From Elusimicrobiota bacterium (lineage in GTDB: Bacteria; Elusimicrobiota; Endomicrobiia; CG1-02-37-114; JAHJSO01), in assembly GCA_043826435.1 (NCBI GenBank), contig JBDRQF010000017.1, positions 1-46,890 of the forward strand: a DNA stretch of 46,890 bases. The letters are read 5' to 3'. Positions 1 through 8,827 of the stretch are shown here, piece by piece. The first letter of the stretch is position 1. The number at the start of each line of letters is the position of its first letter. The position numbers were made by a program, and so were the translations under genes. The notes beneath the pieces are model-generated. The model was not told where the DNA came from, ran no database searches, and worked only from the letters and a program-made list of their open reading frames with translations.

Positions 1-1073
1 AGCTTCATCCGCAGCCCAGACCCGTATATAATATGTCACACCATTTCGCAGACCTGTGAGAACCCGCCACTGACTCTGTGATGGCGTCGTGCTTGTCGGA
101 ATATTTATTTCATACTTGTTCTGGTAATCACCCCAGCCAGCGCCTGCCCAATCAACGCTATATGTTGCATACCTCACCTTGAACCACCCGCCATCTATAT
201 TCCCGCTCATTCCGTCATCACCGGGTGATGTCCAGGCAAGATTTATGTTGCCCTCCACTGCTCCTGTAAGCGCTGATAAATTCGTTATCGCTGATGGGGC
301 TATTTTATCCGTTTGTGCATAAGTTGTAGCTCCGTTAGATATACCTGACCAGTTCGGAACTTCATCCGCAGCCCAGACCCTTATATAATATGTCACACCT
401 GAACGCAGTCCTGTAAGTATCCGCCACTGACTCTGTGATGGTGTTGTGCTTGTCGGAATGTTTATTTCATACTTGTTCTGATAATCACCCCAGCCAGCGC
501 CTGCCCAATCAACGCTATATGTTGCATACCTCACCTTGAACCACCCGCCATCTATATTCCCGCTCATCCCGTCATCACCGGGTGATGTCCAACTCAGCCG
601 AACCTCGCCTTCTACTGTCCCCTGCGTCCCGCCTAAACTCGTTATCGCTGAAGGCGCTGTCATATCCATCTGGGCATAAGTCGTCGCTCCGTTAGATATT
701 CCTGACCAGTTCGGAACTTCATCCGCCGCCCAGACCCGTATATAATATGTAACTCCGCCACGCAGTCCTGTCAGTATTCGCCACTGACTCGCCGATGGCG
801 TTGTGCTTGTTGGAATATTTATCTCATACTTGTTCTGATAATCACCCCAGCCAGCACCTGCCCAATCAACGCTATATGTCGCATACCTCACCTTGAACCA
901 CCCGCCATCTATATTCCCGCTCATTCCGTCATCACCGGGTGATGTCCAACTCAGCCGAACCTCACCCTCCACTGCTCCTGTAAGCGCTGATAAATTCGTT
1001 ATCGCTGATGGTGCAACTATGTCCACCTGGGCATAAGTCGTCGCTCCGTTAGATATACCTGACCAGTTCGGAA
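1..1073. repeat. 357-bp tandem coding repeats, three near-identical units at 3-359, 360-716 and 717-1073. A diverged fourth unit starts at 1074. Each unit encodes a 119-aa FN3-type module at the 3' end of the giant gene.
   Basis: The string cttcatccgc(a/c)gcccagaccc recurs at 3, 360, 717 and 1074. The core from ccactgactc to caccgggtgatgtcca is nearly identical across units. The array probably continues past the window edge. Confidence 0.85.
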
Positions 1074-4000
1074 CTTCATCCGCTGTCCAGAGGCGAAAAT
1101 AATAGGTGGCCCCGCTTGTCAACCCGCCTATTACGTAGGTCTGTTTTGCTCCCGGTGCCACGTTGCTGGTTGAAATTGTCACCTGTGCTGAATTATATGA
1201 CCATGTTACGCCTGTCCAGGTGGAGTGCTGAATTTTGTACTGACCGCCTGAGGGCAGGTTGCCACTCATTCCGTCGTCGCCGGGTGATGTCCAACTCAGC
1301 CGAACCTCGCCACCCGTCGCTCCGGTTAATGCGGATAAATTTGTAACAGCGGACGGGGCAGTAGTATCGCCTGGTGGTGGCGCAGAGCCCTCTTTTGCCG
1401 GTGAAAAAACGGTGTTTGACCGGACAGACCAGTTTGGCACCTCATCGCGGGTCTTTATTGAAAGATAATAGGTAACCCCTGGTGTAAGAGGACCGATTGT
1501 CTTTGACTCTGTCTGACCGGCGGCTAATGGTGTCCATGTCTGGGACCACTCACCCGCCTGATTGAATAGTGTGTTGGAAGTAATGTTGTAAGTCGCATAT
1601 TTAAGTAAATAGGCAGCCGCAAGTCCGCTGTTGCCATCATCTCCCGGGGCTGTCCAGGAAATGGCTATTGTCCCCTCGGAACCGCCCCTGATTGCAGATA
1701 AATCCGCTACTGCTGCCGGCGGGGTTGTATCTCCTCCTGCACCGGGCCAACTTGGCGCCCAGGGCAAAATCACACGACTATTCCTTGTTGCCTCGTTATA
1801 GTAGAAATTCTGATTGACAGCATTAGTATAGTCCGCATCCGTCCATATTTCCAGCACTATTTTTGAACCCTCGGTAATAGCGCCGGCAGCACCGGCCGCT
1901 ATGGTATATGACCTTTCTGCTGCTGCTGTCCCGAGTTCAGCAGAGGCAGCGCTTATGCCTACTGAAATATCATAAGTATCACCGGGAGACCAGATATAAA
2001 CCTCCGCCTGATGGTTTGAATTTGATGTAGTATATGGTTCGTCTCCCCATGAGTAAATAGTCCATGTGCCGGAAGGCATTGCCTGTGCGGCAAGAGCAGG
2101 TGAAACAAAACTTCTCAAAGCAATTTTAGTCGCAACTACATTATTGCCTACTGTTATTATCGTGCTACCCTGACTAACCGCCATTGTTCTTCTCGCCCAG
2201 GATGATGTATCTGTATAACCACTGGATTGAGTTGTGTCAGGCGCTGGTTCTTCCGGCAGGCCATCCCTGAAATAAAGAGTATTAGAGGCAGATGTGGCAG
2301 CTGTCCAGTTGGTGTTTGCATTTGTCCATATAGGCGAGCGGTTGTCCGCCTCGTCAACCGCCCTTATTGCCCAGTAGTATATAACACCGGGCATAAGGTT
2401 CTGTATTACTTTGCTTTCTGCTGTGCCAGCAGAGGCAGTGGTCCATAATTGACCGTGTGTATCAGCGGCATTAAAGGCGGACTCAGAAAGTATGTTGCTG
2501 GTTGTGGAATAATGGACAAGATATTTCTGTGCAGTCCCTGTGTTCCCATCATCTCCAACCGCTATCCAACTCAATTGTATTGAGCCCGTATCTGAGCCGG
2601 GCAGGGCTGTTAAAGTATTAACCATTCCCGGCAGAATAGAATCCATGCCGGCATAGGTGGTGGCACAGTTAGAAAGAGGTCCGTAATTTGGTGTGGTGGG
2701 GTGTGCATCGTCGCCTGCTTTTATAGCAAAATAATATGTTGTGCCAGGGCTCATGTTTACAAGTGTTTTGTTTTCCGTCTGACCCGATGGAAGTGGCGAC
2801 CATGTCTGGCTGTATGCAGATGCATTGTTAAACTTCGTGTCCGTATCTATCGCAGACAAAGCATATTTTAGAACATACGATTTTGCTGTTCCTGAATTAC
2901 CGTCATCTCCTACTGCCGTCCATGTGAGGTTAACTTCCCCGCTGCCTGTGCCCGGACTGCCCGCAAGGTTGGCTATCTTTGCCGGCGCTGTGAAGTCCGT
3001 CTGTGTCTGGGCATAGACAGTGGCGCAGTTAGAAAGCGTTGCATAGTTGGGTTTTTCATCATATGCCTTTATAGCGAAATAATAGGTTGTGCCGGGGGTA
3101 AAATATCCGCCGCCGCCATAGGCAACATCTGATAGTGTTTTATCTTCCTGTTGATTTACCTGTGCAGGTGACCAGGTCTGAGTATATGTAGATGCGGACA
3201 CATGATTGAACAGAACTTCAGTGCTAATCGGGAATGTGGCGTATTTGAGAACATATCCGCAGTTTGGATAGACATCTAAATCAACCGAGTAGTCATCATC
3301 ACCCGGGGCTTTCCAGAAGAGCCGAATCTGGGCTATATCAGCACCTGGAATACCGCTTATGGTATTTATTTTGCCCGGTGGTATTACATCATCAGAGACA
3401 TATGGCATTGCAAACGCAATATTTGATATCTGCCCTAATTTAACAGGTGCTTCGCTATCATAGGCACACATACCATAATAATAGCCGACATTATTCGTTA
3501 CAGCGGTGTCCGTATAGGTATTGTTTACTTTGGATATGGTCTGAATCCATGTGTAGGGTCCTTCATAATATGTGCTTCTATAGAGACGATAACCAACAAG
3601 GTCGGGCTCTGTGTTGTCAGTCCACATAAGTTCAACCTTTGCATTCCTGCCTGTAGCATTTAAGTTCTGGACACGGGCAGGTGCTGCTATTGACTGCGGA
3701 TTTCTCAAAGTTGTGATCTCAAAATCCGTACCGTTGTTGTTGGTGTCCAGAGAATTGGAGCCAAGTGGTTTTCGTTCTATTGACTGGAGGGATTTCTTTG
3801 ACATCGTGGGTGCAGCAATCCCTTCCGGAGCAGACGCATTCCCCCAGCCAATCAAATCAATTGTCTTATTAGCGGCATTCACTAATTCCCAGTGACCGCC
3901 GTAGTCATTCGTCCCTTCAACATTGCTATATGTCATGTCAGGTGTTGGACCACAGAACGGCTCTACATATCCATTCCCGAGGTCTGCGTCACTGTAAGTG

Positions 4001-7000
4001 TTTCCAATGAGGTATCTCTGACCTGGTGAAAGTGTAATATCTGGTAAAGAAATACTGAATAACACCGTAGGAGGGGCGGCGGTTCTATAGTTAAGTTTAA
4101 GTCCATTGAGAAACAAATTGTTGTTTGTAACATTCATAAGTTCTATATATTCATTATTGCTGCCTTTGCCAGAACCATCAAAATTAAATCCCGAAGTGGT
4201 AATTTCAGAGATTAAAAGCCACCAGACAGTTCTGCCCGCAGGGCCGCCAACAGGCAGGTTGGTTGGCATCCCTCCTACATAACCCTTTTCATCAACTGCT
4301 TTTATAGCAAAGTAGTATGTAGTTCCTGGTTGAAAGCCCTCTAACAGGTATTGCTCTGTCTGGCCAACAAATTTTGGCGCCCAGAACTGTAAATATGAAG
4401 CAGCATTCTTGAAGTGGGCTTCTGTGGTTATCTGGTATGTCGCATATTTAACAAGATAACTCACACACCTGCTGCTGACGGTGGCGCCGGCAGTATATCC
4501 ATCATCAGAAACCGCTGTCCACCCGAGAGACAATTTACCGGCGGTATTTGAAGAAGTATATAACAGGTCCTGTATAGCGCCAGGCGGGGTGGTGTCGGGT
4601 GATTGTGCGGGGTATTTAGTGTTTCTCGGGCTGCGTCTTTTAATATAAACATCATTAAGATTATTATTGGTGTCGTGCCTGTGGCCAAAACCGGGCATCG
4701 CCTCGCCAGGTTTCCTTTCATTGGCATACGCTTCCATAGCAGGTGGTACCAAAGCGGGCTTTGTTTCTGCTTCGGTGGTACCCCTTGTGCCGTCATCCCA
4801 GCAAACTATATCATAATATATAGGCCCAGCGCCGCTGCTTCTGGGACGCAGCCCGCCTCCTGATGTTGAGAATGAATATGGCTGGGCAATTAGCCGGACA
4901 TAGTCGGGTGAGGTAAATGTGCCATCGTCCCCGTAACCACCACCAGTTCCGCCCATACCGGCTCCATATGCCTGTGCAGGCAAATCAGTTCCATAGGCAT
5001 AGTCGGTCGTCCATGCGATAAGAAAATAACTATATGCTTTAATGGTGCTGCCGGCTGGTAATCCGGTTGTGTTACCGTAAGTAGGAATATTGTCAGCCCA
5101 GGCCCCTGTGGCTGACTTATATTGGATATTCCATCCGCTTATGTCTATATCGGCATTGGTCGGGTTATATAATTCAACAAAATCATCTGCGTCCGCCGCA
5201 ACCTTTCCTGCTCCTTTTACCCAACCCATCCCGCTCTGGGCGACCTGACTGATTACAACGGTACTACCTGCCACCGGCTGCCATCTCCCCGCAGGGGCGG
5301 ATGGGCTGTTGGAGATTGTACTCTTGTTGCCGGAATCATCTACTGCAATAACATTGAAAAAAAATGTAGCGCCGGGCGTAAGCCGTGCCACATAGAGTTG
5401 TTCGTTTATTCCGGCTGGCATTGGCATCCAGTTATTAGGATAGTCGGTCGCTGAATTAAAGAGCGCCTGGGTGTTTATCGCCACATTGGTCCAGCGGACT
5501 ATATAATATGCAGCCCTGCCTTTATTGCCATCATCCCCCGGGGCTGCGAAATTAAGTAAAACAGCGCCATTAAAATATCCATCAGTGGCGGAAAGTGAAA
5601 CGGTTGCAGGCGGGGTAACATCCCCTGCATCTGTTGGCAGGAGTTGCGCATAGTCAGAGAAGCGGCTCTCATCATAGTCGGTATCATAAGCAGTTACCCT
5701 GTAATAATAGGTTACACCATTTGTAAGTCCTGTATCGCCATATGAGTTGGTTTTGGTTCGGGATATCTCCTTAAATAACATATTGGACCTTGTTGAACGA
5801 TATACAACATATCCCATAAGGCTTGACTCATCTGCATTTTGGGTCCAATCAAGCACTGCTGAACCATTCCCCGCTGCGCCGATAAGACCCTGTGGCTGTT
5901 TTGGTGACCGTAAACTCTGTGGCGTAGGCGGGGAAGTAGAGGTTGAAAAATCAAAATCAACAGAGTTGTTGTTCTGGTCCTGATTTGTCATTAACCAGGA
6001 CTTGCGGTAAATACTTCCCCAGGAAGGGATTGTCCGTGGATATACACTGCCTTCGGGTGTATCGCCATTCCCCCATGCAACTCTGTCAATTTCTGTACTA
6101 ACTGCATTCAATATACGGAAATTTCCACCAGTAAGAGGAACATCCACATCCGTTCCCCAGGTTAAATCAGGGGTGGCGCCGCTTGCAGGGGCAGTGTAGG
6201 TGCCGTTGAGTGGCTTTGATGAGTGGGCTATAAGATAATATTTTTTCGCATATAAGGTGGTACCTGCTGGCACTGCGGATATTTGTCCCCAGGCGCCACC
6301 AGATGCAATTTTGTATTCCAGTTTGTAATTTGAAATGTCTATTGAGTTGCCCGTCGGGTTATAAATTTCCACATACTGGTCTTTTGAACCGCCAGGACCA
6401 TCAGCGGATATTTCGGTAATCTTTACTGAGGCAGGCCTTATGCCGTTTGTTATCGCCTTCACTTCATTTCCCCATCTTCTTTCATCGGTGTTGCTGGTTT
6501 TTGCTGTAATTCGGTAATAATATGTTGTTCCGGGGTCAAGATTGGCAACCGTATAGCCGGGGGTGGATGAAACCCTTGTAACATATTTGTATATACCGGA
6601 TGTAGTGGGAGGGGGTGCGGCCCAGAGCGATTTGCCCCCTGCTGTTGAGTCACCACCCGTACCGGTCGCCCAGAAAACATCATAACCATTAACATTTTCC
6701 GTTGAGAAGTTCGCTGTCCAGTCCATCGCTATTTTGTCATAGTCCTGCGGCGTTCCTGCAAGGTTTTTTGGCGGGGATGGAGGCGGATAGGCGTTTGGCT
6801 TTTCTGTATCGCCAACCACATTTGTTGCGGTGTAAGTGGGGTTGTTGCCGCCACTACCATACACATTATCCCTGTACACTGCATAGTTGCCTTCTTTATC
6901 AGCAACGACGGTGACATTCCAGTCCAGGTCAACTCGGTAGTTTATTCCGCCTGCCACTCTTATTCTTTCCAGAACCTCCTGATAAGGATGCCAGTCACCG

Positions 7001-7836
7001 CGGCGGGGTGCAGGTGTTATTCCATATTTTGGTTTAAGAACTGCCAATAGTTCAGGGGAGTTTGAATGTTTTGAACCGTGGTGGTGTAGTTTGTATATAT
7101 CGGTCCCTTCCAACATTTCGGAATAATATTTAAGTAACTCTGCGTCAACCTTTGCCAATGCACCTGAATTTCCAGCGGTTGCATCACCACCAAAAAGAAA
7201 TGTGCTCTTGCCATACCTGAGATGTATAACCATTGATATATTATTGGGATTTGTCTCTCCCCATGGGTCGGCATTTGCTATCCATAAAACTTTTGCTGAT
7301 ACATTAGGGTCCCAACCAGGCCCTAAGTTTGTGCCAGGACCGCTCAGGACATCTCCCCTTACAGGATTATATAAGGCTCCTGCTGCGATAGATACCTGTG
7401 AGCCTATTGTTGAGCCACTTTTATAGACAGAACCTATTGTATATGTCCCATCCAGGTCACCTGCAAGTCCTGCGTTGTGGTCGCCATGCGGATGTGTTTC
7501 AACTACATAGTGCAAGGTACCGCTTGCACCTATTTTTGCTAACATCAACTCCATCAGAGGTCCACCGGTGGCGAGGCCCCCACCATCAATCAAAACACTT
7601 ATATCATCCCCTACGCGTGTACCTCCAATGGGTGTGTTAAGAATGCCGTCCGCTCCGGGAAGTTCTATGTATATAGAGTCATCAAACCTGTACAGAGTAT
7701 TGGGCGCCATGTCCCTTGTAGTGTGTATATAATAAACCCTCATGTATTTTGAATGAATAAGGGATGGGATAATAAAGGACTGAATAGCAAAAAACAACAC
7801 TAAAACGGGAATAGTTCGTATTTTTTTATTTATCAA
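1..7836 (-). CDS. Giant secreted multidomain surface protein; 5' part only, C-terminus lies beyond the window edge. It has a signal peptide and an N-terminal metallo-beta-lactamase-fold domain, then alternating fibronectin type III and lamin-tail (LTD) domains.
   Basis: Manual translation of the minus strand from TTG at 7836..7834 gives MINKKIRTIPVLVLFFAIQSFIIPSLIHS, a good signal peptide. An in-frame ATG lies at 7743. The frame stays open to base 1, so there is no stop in the window and it is absent from the ORF track. Every minus-strand ORF the track lists in 1-7800 is in a different frame. The translation shows MBL motifs (ETHPHGDHNAG, LHHHGSKHS), LTD motifs (DQYVEIYNPTGNSIDISNYKL, DDFVELYNPTNADIDISGWNIQY) and many FN3 signatures (LSWTAPGDDG, GTTYYFAIKA, YYIRVWAADE). 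Confidence 0.75.
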   Translation of the reverse strand, partial: MINKKIRTIPVLVLFFAIQSFIIPSLIHSKYMRVYYIHTTRDMAPNTLYRFDDSIYIELPGADGILNTPIGGTRVGDDISVLIDGGGLATGGPLMELMLAKIGASGTLHYVVETHPHGDHNAGLAGDLDGTYTIGSVYKSGSTIGSQVSIAAGALYNPVRGDVLSGPGTNLGPGWDPNVSAKVLWIANADPWGETNPNNISMVIHLRYGKSTFLFGGDATAGNSGALAKVDAELLKYYSEMLEGTDIYKLHHHGSKHSNSPELLAVLKPKYGITPAPRRGDWHPYQEVLERIRVAGGINYRVDLDWNVTVVADKEGNYAVYRDNVYGSGGNNPTYTATNVVGDTEKPNAYPPPSPPKNLAGTPQDYDKIAMDWTANFSTENVNGYDVFWATGTGGDSTAGGKSLWAAPPPTTSGIYKYVTRVSSTPGYTVANLDPGTTYYYRITAKTSNTDERRWGNEVKAITNGIRPASVKITEISADGPGGSKDQYVEIYNPTGNSIDISNYKLEYKIASGGAWGQISAVPAGTTLYAKKYYLIAHSSKPLNGTYTAPASGATPDLTWGTDVDVPLTGGNFRILNAVSTEIDRVAWGNGDTPEGSVYPRTIPSWGSIYRKSWLMTNQDQNNNSVDFDFSTSTSPPTPQSLRSPKQPQGLIGAAGNGSAVLDWTQNADESSLMGYVVYRSTRSNMLFKEISRTKTNSYGDTGLTNGVTYYYRVTAYDTDYDESRFSDYAQLLPTDAGDVTPPATVSLSATDGYFNGAVLLNFAAPGDDGNKGRAAYYIVRWTNVAINTQALFNSATDYPNNWMPMPAGINEQLYVARLTPGATFFFNVIAVDDSGNKSTISNSPSAPAGRWQPVAGSTVVISQVAQSGMGWVKGAGKVAADADDFVELYNPTNADIDISGWNIQYKSATGAWADNIPTYGNTTGLPAGSTIKAYSYFLIAWTTDYAYGTDLPAQAYGAGMGGTGGGYGDDGTFTSPDYVRLIAQPYSFSTSGGGLRPRSSGAGPIYYDIVCWDDGTRGTTEAETKPALVPPAMEAYANERKPGEAMPGFGHRHDTNNNLNDVYIKRRSPRNTKYPAQSPDTTPPGAIQDLLYTSSNTAGKLSLGWTAVSDDGYTAGATVSSRCVSYLVKYATYQITTEAHFKNAASYLQFWAPKFVGQTEQYLLEGFQPGTTYYFAIKAVDEKGYVGGMPTNLPVGGPAGRTVWWLLISEITTSGFNFDGSGKGSNNEYIELMNVTNNNLFLNGLKLNYRTAAPPTVLFSISLPDITLSPGQRYLIGNTYSDADLGNGYVEPFCGPTPDMTYSNVEGTNDYGGHWELVNAANKTIDLIGWGNASAPEGIAAPTMSKKSLQSIERKPLGSNSLDTNNNGTDFEITTLRNPQSIAAPARVQNLNATGRNAKVELMWTDNTEPDLVGYRLYRSTYYEGPYTWIQTISKVNNTYTDTAVTNNVGYYYGMCAYDSEAPVKLGQISNIAFAMPYVSDDVIPPGKINTISGIPGADIAQIRLFWKAPGDDDYSVDLDVYPNCGYVLKYATFPISTEVLFNHVSASTYTQTWSPAQVNQQEDKTLSDVAYGGGGYFTPGTTYYFAIKAYDEKPNYATLSNCATVYAQTQTDFTAPAKIANLAGSPGTGSGEVNLTWTAVGDDGNSGTAKSYVLKYALSAIDTDTKFNNASAYSQTWSPLPSGQTENKTLVNMSPGTTYYFAIKAGDDAHPTTPNYGPLSNCATTYAGMDSILPGMVNTLTALPGSDTGSIQLSWIAVGDDGNTGTAQKYLVHYSTTSNILSESAFNAADTHGQLWTTASAGTAESKVIQNLMPGVIYYWAIRAVDEADNRSPIWTNANTNWTAATSASNTLYFRDGLPEEPAPDTTQSSGYTDTSSWARRTMAVSQGSTIITVGNNVVATKIALRSFVSPALAAQAMPSGTWTIYSWGDEPYTTSNSNHQAEVYIWSPGDTYDISVGISAASAELGTAAAERSYTIAAGAAGAITEGSKIVLEIWTDADYTNAVNQNFYYNEATRNSRVILPWAPSWPGAGGDTTPPAAVADLSAIRGGSEGTIAISWTAPGDDGNSGLAAAYLLKYATYNITSNTLFNQAGEWSQTWTPLAAGQTESKTIGPLTPGVTYYLSIKTRDEVPNWSVRSNTVFSPAKEGSAPPPGDTTAPSAVTNLSALTGATGGEVRLSWTSPGDDGMSGNLPSGGQYKIQHSTWTGVTWSYNSAQVTISTSNVAPGAKQTYVIGGLTSGATYYFRLWTADEVPNWSGISNGATTYAQVDIVAPSAITNLSALTGAVEGEVRLSWTSPGDDGMSGNIDGGWFKVRYATYSVDWAGAGWGDYQNKYEINIPTSTTPSASQWRILTGLRGGVTYYIRVWAADEVPNWSGISNGATTYAQMDMTAPSAITSLGGTQGTVEGEVRLSWTSPGDDGMSGNIDGGWFKVRYATYSVDWAGAGWGDYQNKYEINIPTSTTPSQSQWRILTGLRSGVTYYIRVWAADEVPNWSGISNGATTYAQTDKIAPSAITNLSALTGAVEGNINLAWTSPGDDGMSGNIDGGWFKVRYATYSVDWAGAGWGDYQNKYEINIPTSTTPSQSQWRVLTGLRNGVTYYIRVWAADEA

Positions 7837-8660
7837 TATGGTCTACCAAAAAACCTTTTTCGGACCTGATGGTCTGTTTCGCCTGTGTGCTCCCTTATTG
7901 CTCTGACAAGGGCGGCGATAACAGTTGGGTCTTTCTCTATCCTTAAGGCATTCTCCAGTGTTTCTTTTGATTGTTTTGTTTTTATGTCCGCTAATTGAAT
8001 TGCAGCGGTTCGTCGGATAAAAGGGTCAGCGTCTTTAAGATAGAAAATGACTGTATCAAAGCCCTCTTTAACATTTAATTTTGCAAGCGCCTGTGCGGCG
8101 TATAATTTTAGGCGGGTCACTTTTTCTGTTCTCACTACCCGGGTTAAAAGCGGGATCGCCTCTTTTGCCTCAAGGTAACACAAAACATTCAGTGCAAGTT
8201 CCCTTATTTCCGTTTCAGAATCATTCATCACCGGCTCAAGGACAGGAATTATGGATAGGTCTCTCACCCTCTTTTCATTCCCGGGTGCATGCGCTGCTGA
8301 AAGGGCGAGGACAATGGGCAGGCGGGTATTATAATTGGAAGTATAAAGCGACTCAATAAGTTCCGCTCTTGCGTCTGAATGCCTTTCTGCGATACTGCGA
8401 AGTACCTCATAAAGCGAAAAGCCCATTTCATCGCCTGCCCTTGCAATGTTGCCGTACCACACCCTCCAGTCAATTATTTCAAGGGCGGAAATAACCTCGG
8501 GCAGTGCGCTTTTACCTTCAGAAATTAGTTGGGACATAAGTTGCGGAGGGATTGAGTCCTTGCGGGTGTACATATCCAGCCGATTTGACGCGGCGGTTAA
8601 ATTAGAAACAAAAAAACAAAACACCGACAAAGAAACGGTGAAGAAAATAAACTTTCTCAT
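7833..8660 (-). CDS. Secreted or periplasmic HEAT-repeat (PBS-lyase-like) protein.
   Basis: ORF 7833..8702. Start moved to the ATG at 8660 (MRKFIFFTVSLSVFCFF signal peptide, preceded by GGTGGA), because a TTGACA-17-TAAAAT promoter lies inside the longer ORF version. HEAT-like repeats are visible: ETEIRELALNVL, DPFIRRTAAIQLADI, LYAAQALAKL. The TGA stop overlaps the TTG start of the giant gene within ATTGA. Confidence 0.65.
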   Translation of the reverse strand: MRKFIFFTVSLSVFCFFVSNLTAASNRLDMYTRKDSIPPQLMSQLISEGKSALPEVISALEIIDWRVWYGNIARAGDEMGFSLYEVLRSIAERHSDARAELIESLYTSNYNTRLPIVLALSAAHAPGNEKRVRDLSIIPVLEPVMNDSETEIRELALNVLCYLEAKEAIPLLTRVVRTEKVTRLKLYAAQALAKLNVKEGFDTVIFYLKDADPFIRRTAAIQLADIKTKQSKETLENALRIEKDPTVIAALVRAIREHTGETDHQVRKRFFGRPY

Positions 8661-8673
8661 GGAACGTCCACCC

Positions 8674-8702
8674 ATTTTACCATAATATATTTTTTTTGTC
8701 AA
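8674..8702 (-). promoter_or_regulatory. Sigma70-type promoter, TTGACA (8702..8697) - 17 nt - TAAAAT (8679..8674).
   Basis: Exact consensus -35 with a 17-nt spacer and a near-consensus -10. The ATG at 8660 with a GGTGGA Shine-Dalgarno follows. Confidence 0.5.
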
Positions 8703-8827
8703 GTAGTCGCCCGAAAATTTTTGAACTGAAAATTTTCACGCCCGGCTTTTCGCCCCGCTATTATTATACCTTATAACGGGTAAAAACAAGGTTAATATCG
8801 GGTAAATTTTAGGTAAATTCTTTTCTT

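Noticed and set aside
1-1073. Possible CRISPR array suggested by regular tandem repeats.
   Set aside because: The period is 357 bp and the repeats are coding (in-frame FN3 modules). There is no short repeat/spacer structure.
1116-7640. Many 60-111-aa ORFs on both strands in the first 7.8 kb.
   Set aside because: All lie inside, and out of frame with or antisense to, the single long open frame of the giant FN3 protein.
8741-8762. Possible terminator hairpin (cacgcccggcttttcgccccgc) after the ATPase gene.
   Set aside because: The two arms are not complementary (GGGGCG vs GCCGGGCG), so it is not a convincing stem-loop.
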